Positions 60,290-64,000 of a DNA stretch of 64,000 nucleotides are shown here, piece by piece. The stretch is from assembly GCA_051362555.1 (NCBI GenBank), contig CM120643.1:10540001-10604000 (forward strand). The letters run 5' to 3'. How positions within the stretch are numbered: the stretch's first letter is position 1; each line of letters opens with the position of its first letter. Below the pieces are notes generated by a model, which was given only the letters and a program-made list of their open reading frames with translations, was not told the DNA's origin and ran no database searches. The DNA comes from Lingula anatina (Eukaryota; Animalia; Brachiopoda). The position numbers and the translations under genes are program-made.

Positions 60290-63200
60290 ATGAAAACGAC
60301 GAGCATCCAAGCGTTCATCATTTGTGCGACATTAGTCTTCAGTGTAGAAGGTAACGTATTTGACTTTGATGCAGCTGGTACGATGCAGTTTTATTCAGAC
60401 AGATGATATTATGAACTTATATTGATGTGCTTAGCAATCATTTTGGAATTCAGTTTGGGAACCTCTCATTTTTCTTTGGTCACAGTAGAGATAAATTTTG
60501 GTCCCAAAAGGTGACAAAGATCATAATTCATGGGGTGAAGTTCTTTTGTGAAACGGGCAGTGTGTCAGTGTAAAATTTACATGTGCGCAATAATATATAT
60601 ATAATAAACATTGCCTTTGCTTTGGCAAACATGCATATGTATTTTCAACTCAGGTTCAAGTTTTTAAAGTTTGATTCCCTCGACCTCTGCGTCAGCGAAG
60701 GGGGAATTTCAGTGCTAGAACTGCAATACACTGGGTACCTATTGTTCTTTGAAACTCTTGTCAAAGAATTGGACGGTGTCCAATATATAGTGCTATTGGA
60801 AAATTAACGGAAAGCTGACAAGGGATTCCTTCTTCCTTTTCTTTTTTTGTAAAGATGCTTATGACTGCCATTTCTCCATGTGGGCAAAGGGTGTTTGAAA
60901 CCGTCTATGGAGACATTTTGTAATTTGTAAAGACATTAACATTTAAAAGCTTGCCCATGAAATCATTATACATTACAGCTTAACGCCATTAACCCTCAAT
61001 CACCTTTCAGGGGCCTCGCAGGCCCGGACCCATGTATCTCTTGCTCTCTCGTCGTTCGCATGAGGTTTTGAGCCTGTTCCTTTCATGTAATCCTCAAGCA
61101 ACTTATACCCCATCAATGGATAAATAATTAGTTTTGAAATAATTTACAACATATGTAGAAATTAACTTTTCCAAAAGTTAGTCCCATTTCCTGGAAACCG
61201 GGCCTCTGAGGCCCGGTCGCTTAATAATTTTACTTCCACATGGGATAAATAAGTCCATGTTACCTCAAATATCTTTGCTATAAAATGTTTTACACAAGCA
61301 ATATCATGTGTGCTATGACTATCAGTATGGTCAATGAAATCTGCCTGTGAAAGATTCCAGACCTGGAGAAATTATTATTTATGAGTAATCGGTCACCTTG
61401 GTCACCTGATATGCAGATATCAGTTTAAATCTATCATTATTACATACCTGATAGACTGCGCTACCTTTGCGAAACTTTCCATTTTGAGAAAAAAAATGTT
61501 TTTTCGCATTTTCCATACACAGTGTACATGTATACTCATGCACCCAGGTGGAGGTAAAGCGAGCAAGGGACTGGTGTAACATGAAAATCTGACTCCCCCA
61601 GTCAGGTTTTCATGATGAAAATCTGACTCCCCATGGAAATTTGACTCCCCCTCCACAAATGTTCATAAATCTTATTTTATTTGAGTATATGACTGTGATC
61701 TTGTAGTATGTAAAATGGAGGATACTTTGGCACTTTTTTTAAGTTTGCAGGTGAATATTTTCATTAAAAAAAAAAGAAAATCAAAAATGTGCACTTAACC
61801 GCCCATTGTCTCCACTTTGAAAAAGCTATTTATTTGATATTGGATGATCATTTCTACATCTTTTCTTTAAATTTACTTTATGAAGATTATATTGGAAATA
61901 TTTGAAAGTTTGATGGTAAACTATTGGGTGAAAAAACTAAAAAAAAAAATGAAAAATTGAAAATTAAAAATGTGCATTTTATCACCCAATAACTCCCGTA
62001 GGAAGAAGCTATTTATTTGATATTTGATGATCATTCTGACATCTTTTCTATTAGGATACTTTGTGAAAAATATATTGGAAATATTTAAAAGTTTGATGAT
62101 AAAATAGTGAGTGAAAGAATGAAAAATAAATCATGAAAATCTTCATTTTTATACCCATGAGATTTGGATTCCCATAAAGAAAAGGACCTGTTTTATATTC
62201 AGTCACCATACCATTGTTTTCTACATAGTTTGCACAGAGATGTACATTTTTTTATTATTTGACAGTTTGGTGGTGAAAACTTTGGTGAATATTTTTAAAA
62301 CAAGTATTCATCTTACTACCTGTAGGTTTTGCACTTCCATGTCAAAATGCTACATTTTTAACTCAAGAAATTGGCCCCATCGCCTTTTTACTGAATTCTT
62401 CTTATATAGCATACCCAGTATTTTACCATTCAAACTTTCAAATATTTCCAATATATTCTTCATAAAGTATCCTTAAGAAAAGATGTCAGAATGATCATCA
62501 AATATCAAATAGATGGCCTTTTCATAGGGGAGTCATTGGGTGTTAGAATACAAATCTTTAATTTTTCTTATTTTTCATGTGTTTTTTTATTATTCTTTTT
62601 CACCCAATTTTTTAACCATCAAACTTTCAAGTACTTTCAATATATTCCTCATAAAGTATCCTCAAAGAAAAGATGTCAGAATGATCATCAAATATCAAAT
62701 AAATAGCTTTTTCATAGGGGGGTCATTGGGTGTTAGAATATAAATCTTTAATTTTTCTTATTTTTTAATGTTTTTTTATTATTGTTTTTTTTCACCCAAT
62801 TTTTTAACCATTAAACTTTCAAGTACTTTCAATATATTCCTCATAAAGTATCCTCAAAGAAAAGATGTTGAAATGGTCATCAAATGTCAAATTAATAGCT
62901 TTTTCATAGGGGAGTCCTTGGGTGGTAAAATACAAATCTTTAATTTTTTTAAAAATTTTTTCATGAAACTTTTCACCTGCAAACTAACAAAAAGTGCCAA
63001 TGTGTCCTACATTATGCATACTACATGATCATAGTCATTTACTCAAAATAGATTAGATTTTTGAATGTTTTTGGGGGGAGTCAGATTTTCATGGTACACC
63101 GGGCCTCTGAGGCCCGGTTTCAGGGTTTACGTAGGGTTCCATTTCCTTGTGGATGAGGGTTAAAAGTTTTGATGCTCTCCACACTAAAGAAACTTGAGGA

Positions 63201-63684
63201 AACAATTAAAGACACATATCACATTAATTTGGTTGATTTGTAGGTGACATTGAGTAAAAATTCTAATTGCTACACCATTGCAGGTCGCGTAGATCAGAAT
63301 GCCATGGCCAAAAAGATCCTTGATAAAATATCCAGTTTCCTGGTCCCAAAGAAAGCGGCGGCGCCCCGGGAACTGGCAGGGGGCAGTGGCCCCCCTGGAA
63401 GCGTAGCAGCAACAGCGGTCAAGGGACCATTGGGATTAAAGGCTACATCAAGGGTGGCGGCAACTGCAAAGAAAGCGGTGGCGCCCCGGGAACCGGCAGG
63501 TCGCAGTGGCCTCCCTGAAAGCGTAGCAGCAACAGCGGTCAAGGGACCATTGGGATTAAAAGCTACATCAAGGGTGGCAGCAACTGCAAATGGCGTGCCA
63601 CCCAACTTGGACTTTCTTTTTGTTCTAGACAGCAGCGGTAGTATTAAAGCTAAGCATTTTGACAAGGCAAAGAAAGCGGTACAG
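60290..63684 (+). CDS. Secreted VWA-domain protein, paralogue 2 (exons 1-2; continues beyond the window)
   Basis: Exon 60290-60350 (MKTTSIQAFIICATLVFSVEG) and exon 63284-63684 (RVDQNAMAKKILDKISSFL...PNLDFLFVLDSSGSIKAKHFDKAKKAVQ). Exon boundaries and phases match paralogue 1. Confidence 0.9.
60993..63159 (+). mobile_element. piggyBac-like non-autonomous composite element, copy 2 (intron 1 of VWA gene 2)
   Basis: TTAA|CCCTCAATCAC...GTGGATGAGGG|TTAA; collinear with 38389-41647. Confidence 0.82.
61575..63098 (+). mobile_element. Ginger-like non-autonomous element nested in piggyBac-like copy 2
   Basis: TGTAACATGAAAATCTGACTCCCC...GGGGAGTCAGATTTTCATGGTACA; flanks CTGG/CCGG; inverted arrays of ~170-bp subrepeats. 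Confidence 0.72.
63348..63589 (+). repeat. In-frame 120-bp (40-aa) tandem duplication in exon 2 of VWA gene 2
   Basis: KKAAAPRELAGGSGPPGSVAATAVKGPLGLKATSRVAATA followed by KKAVAPREPAGRSGLPESVAATAVKGPLGLKATSRVAATA. Confidence 0.92.
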
Positions 63685-64000
63685 GTAGCTATAACACGAT
63701 ATGTTGATAAATACATAATTGAGGCGATAGATTTTTATGAAGTAATAAAATGTTTCAATTTCACTCAGCGAGCCTCGGAATACACATACGACCATATTGC
63801 AACATATCCTCAACTTTAATACGACCTATCAACCTTGCTGGTGGAATTAAAGACCATATTCACATTTTTTATCTTTTCTTTACTTGCCCATGAAAAATTC
63901 TAATTGCTACACCATTGCAGGTCGCTGAAATATTAAATTGGGTACTAACATGTCCACAAGAAAAAAAAGCCCTAACTTATAAAATTAGGAATAAAATAGA

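Noticed and set aside
63244-63283. N-terminal extension of the 191-aa ORF
   Set aside because: Intronic: the acceptor at 63282-63283 matches paralogue 1, and the true start is at 60290.

Overview
AT-rich, intron-containing animal genomic DNA. A lophotrochozoan such as a mollusc is inferred from the transposon landscape, but the taxon cannot be fixed from sequence alone. Host genes, all on the + strand: the last three coding exons of a MORN1-like gene (8019-9717), whose C-terminus is rewritten by a MITE insertion; four intact exons of a copine (26641-34186) with no other copine exons visible; and two tandem paralogues encoding secreted single-VWA-domain proteins (50568-53567 complete, about 310 aa; 60290 onward, running off the window end). 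Much of the remainder is nested non-autonomous DNA transposons: Harbinger (including a decayed two-gene element), Kolobok-like, piggyBac-like, Ginger-like, hAT5-like (5-bp TSD), Helentron/HINE-like and foldback elements. The most striking unexplained feature is a ~500-bp direct repeat at 84-1584 in which each copy carries a minimal type I hammerhead ribozyme, a retrozyme or Penelope pLTR-like layout. All calls were made by eye without database searches, and most ORFs in the supplied track are spurious.
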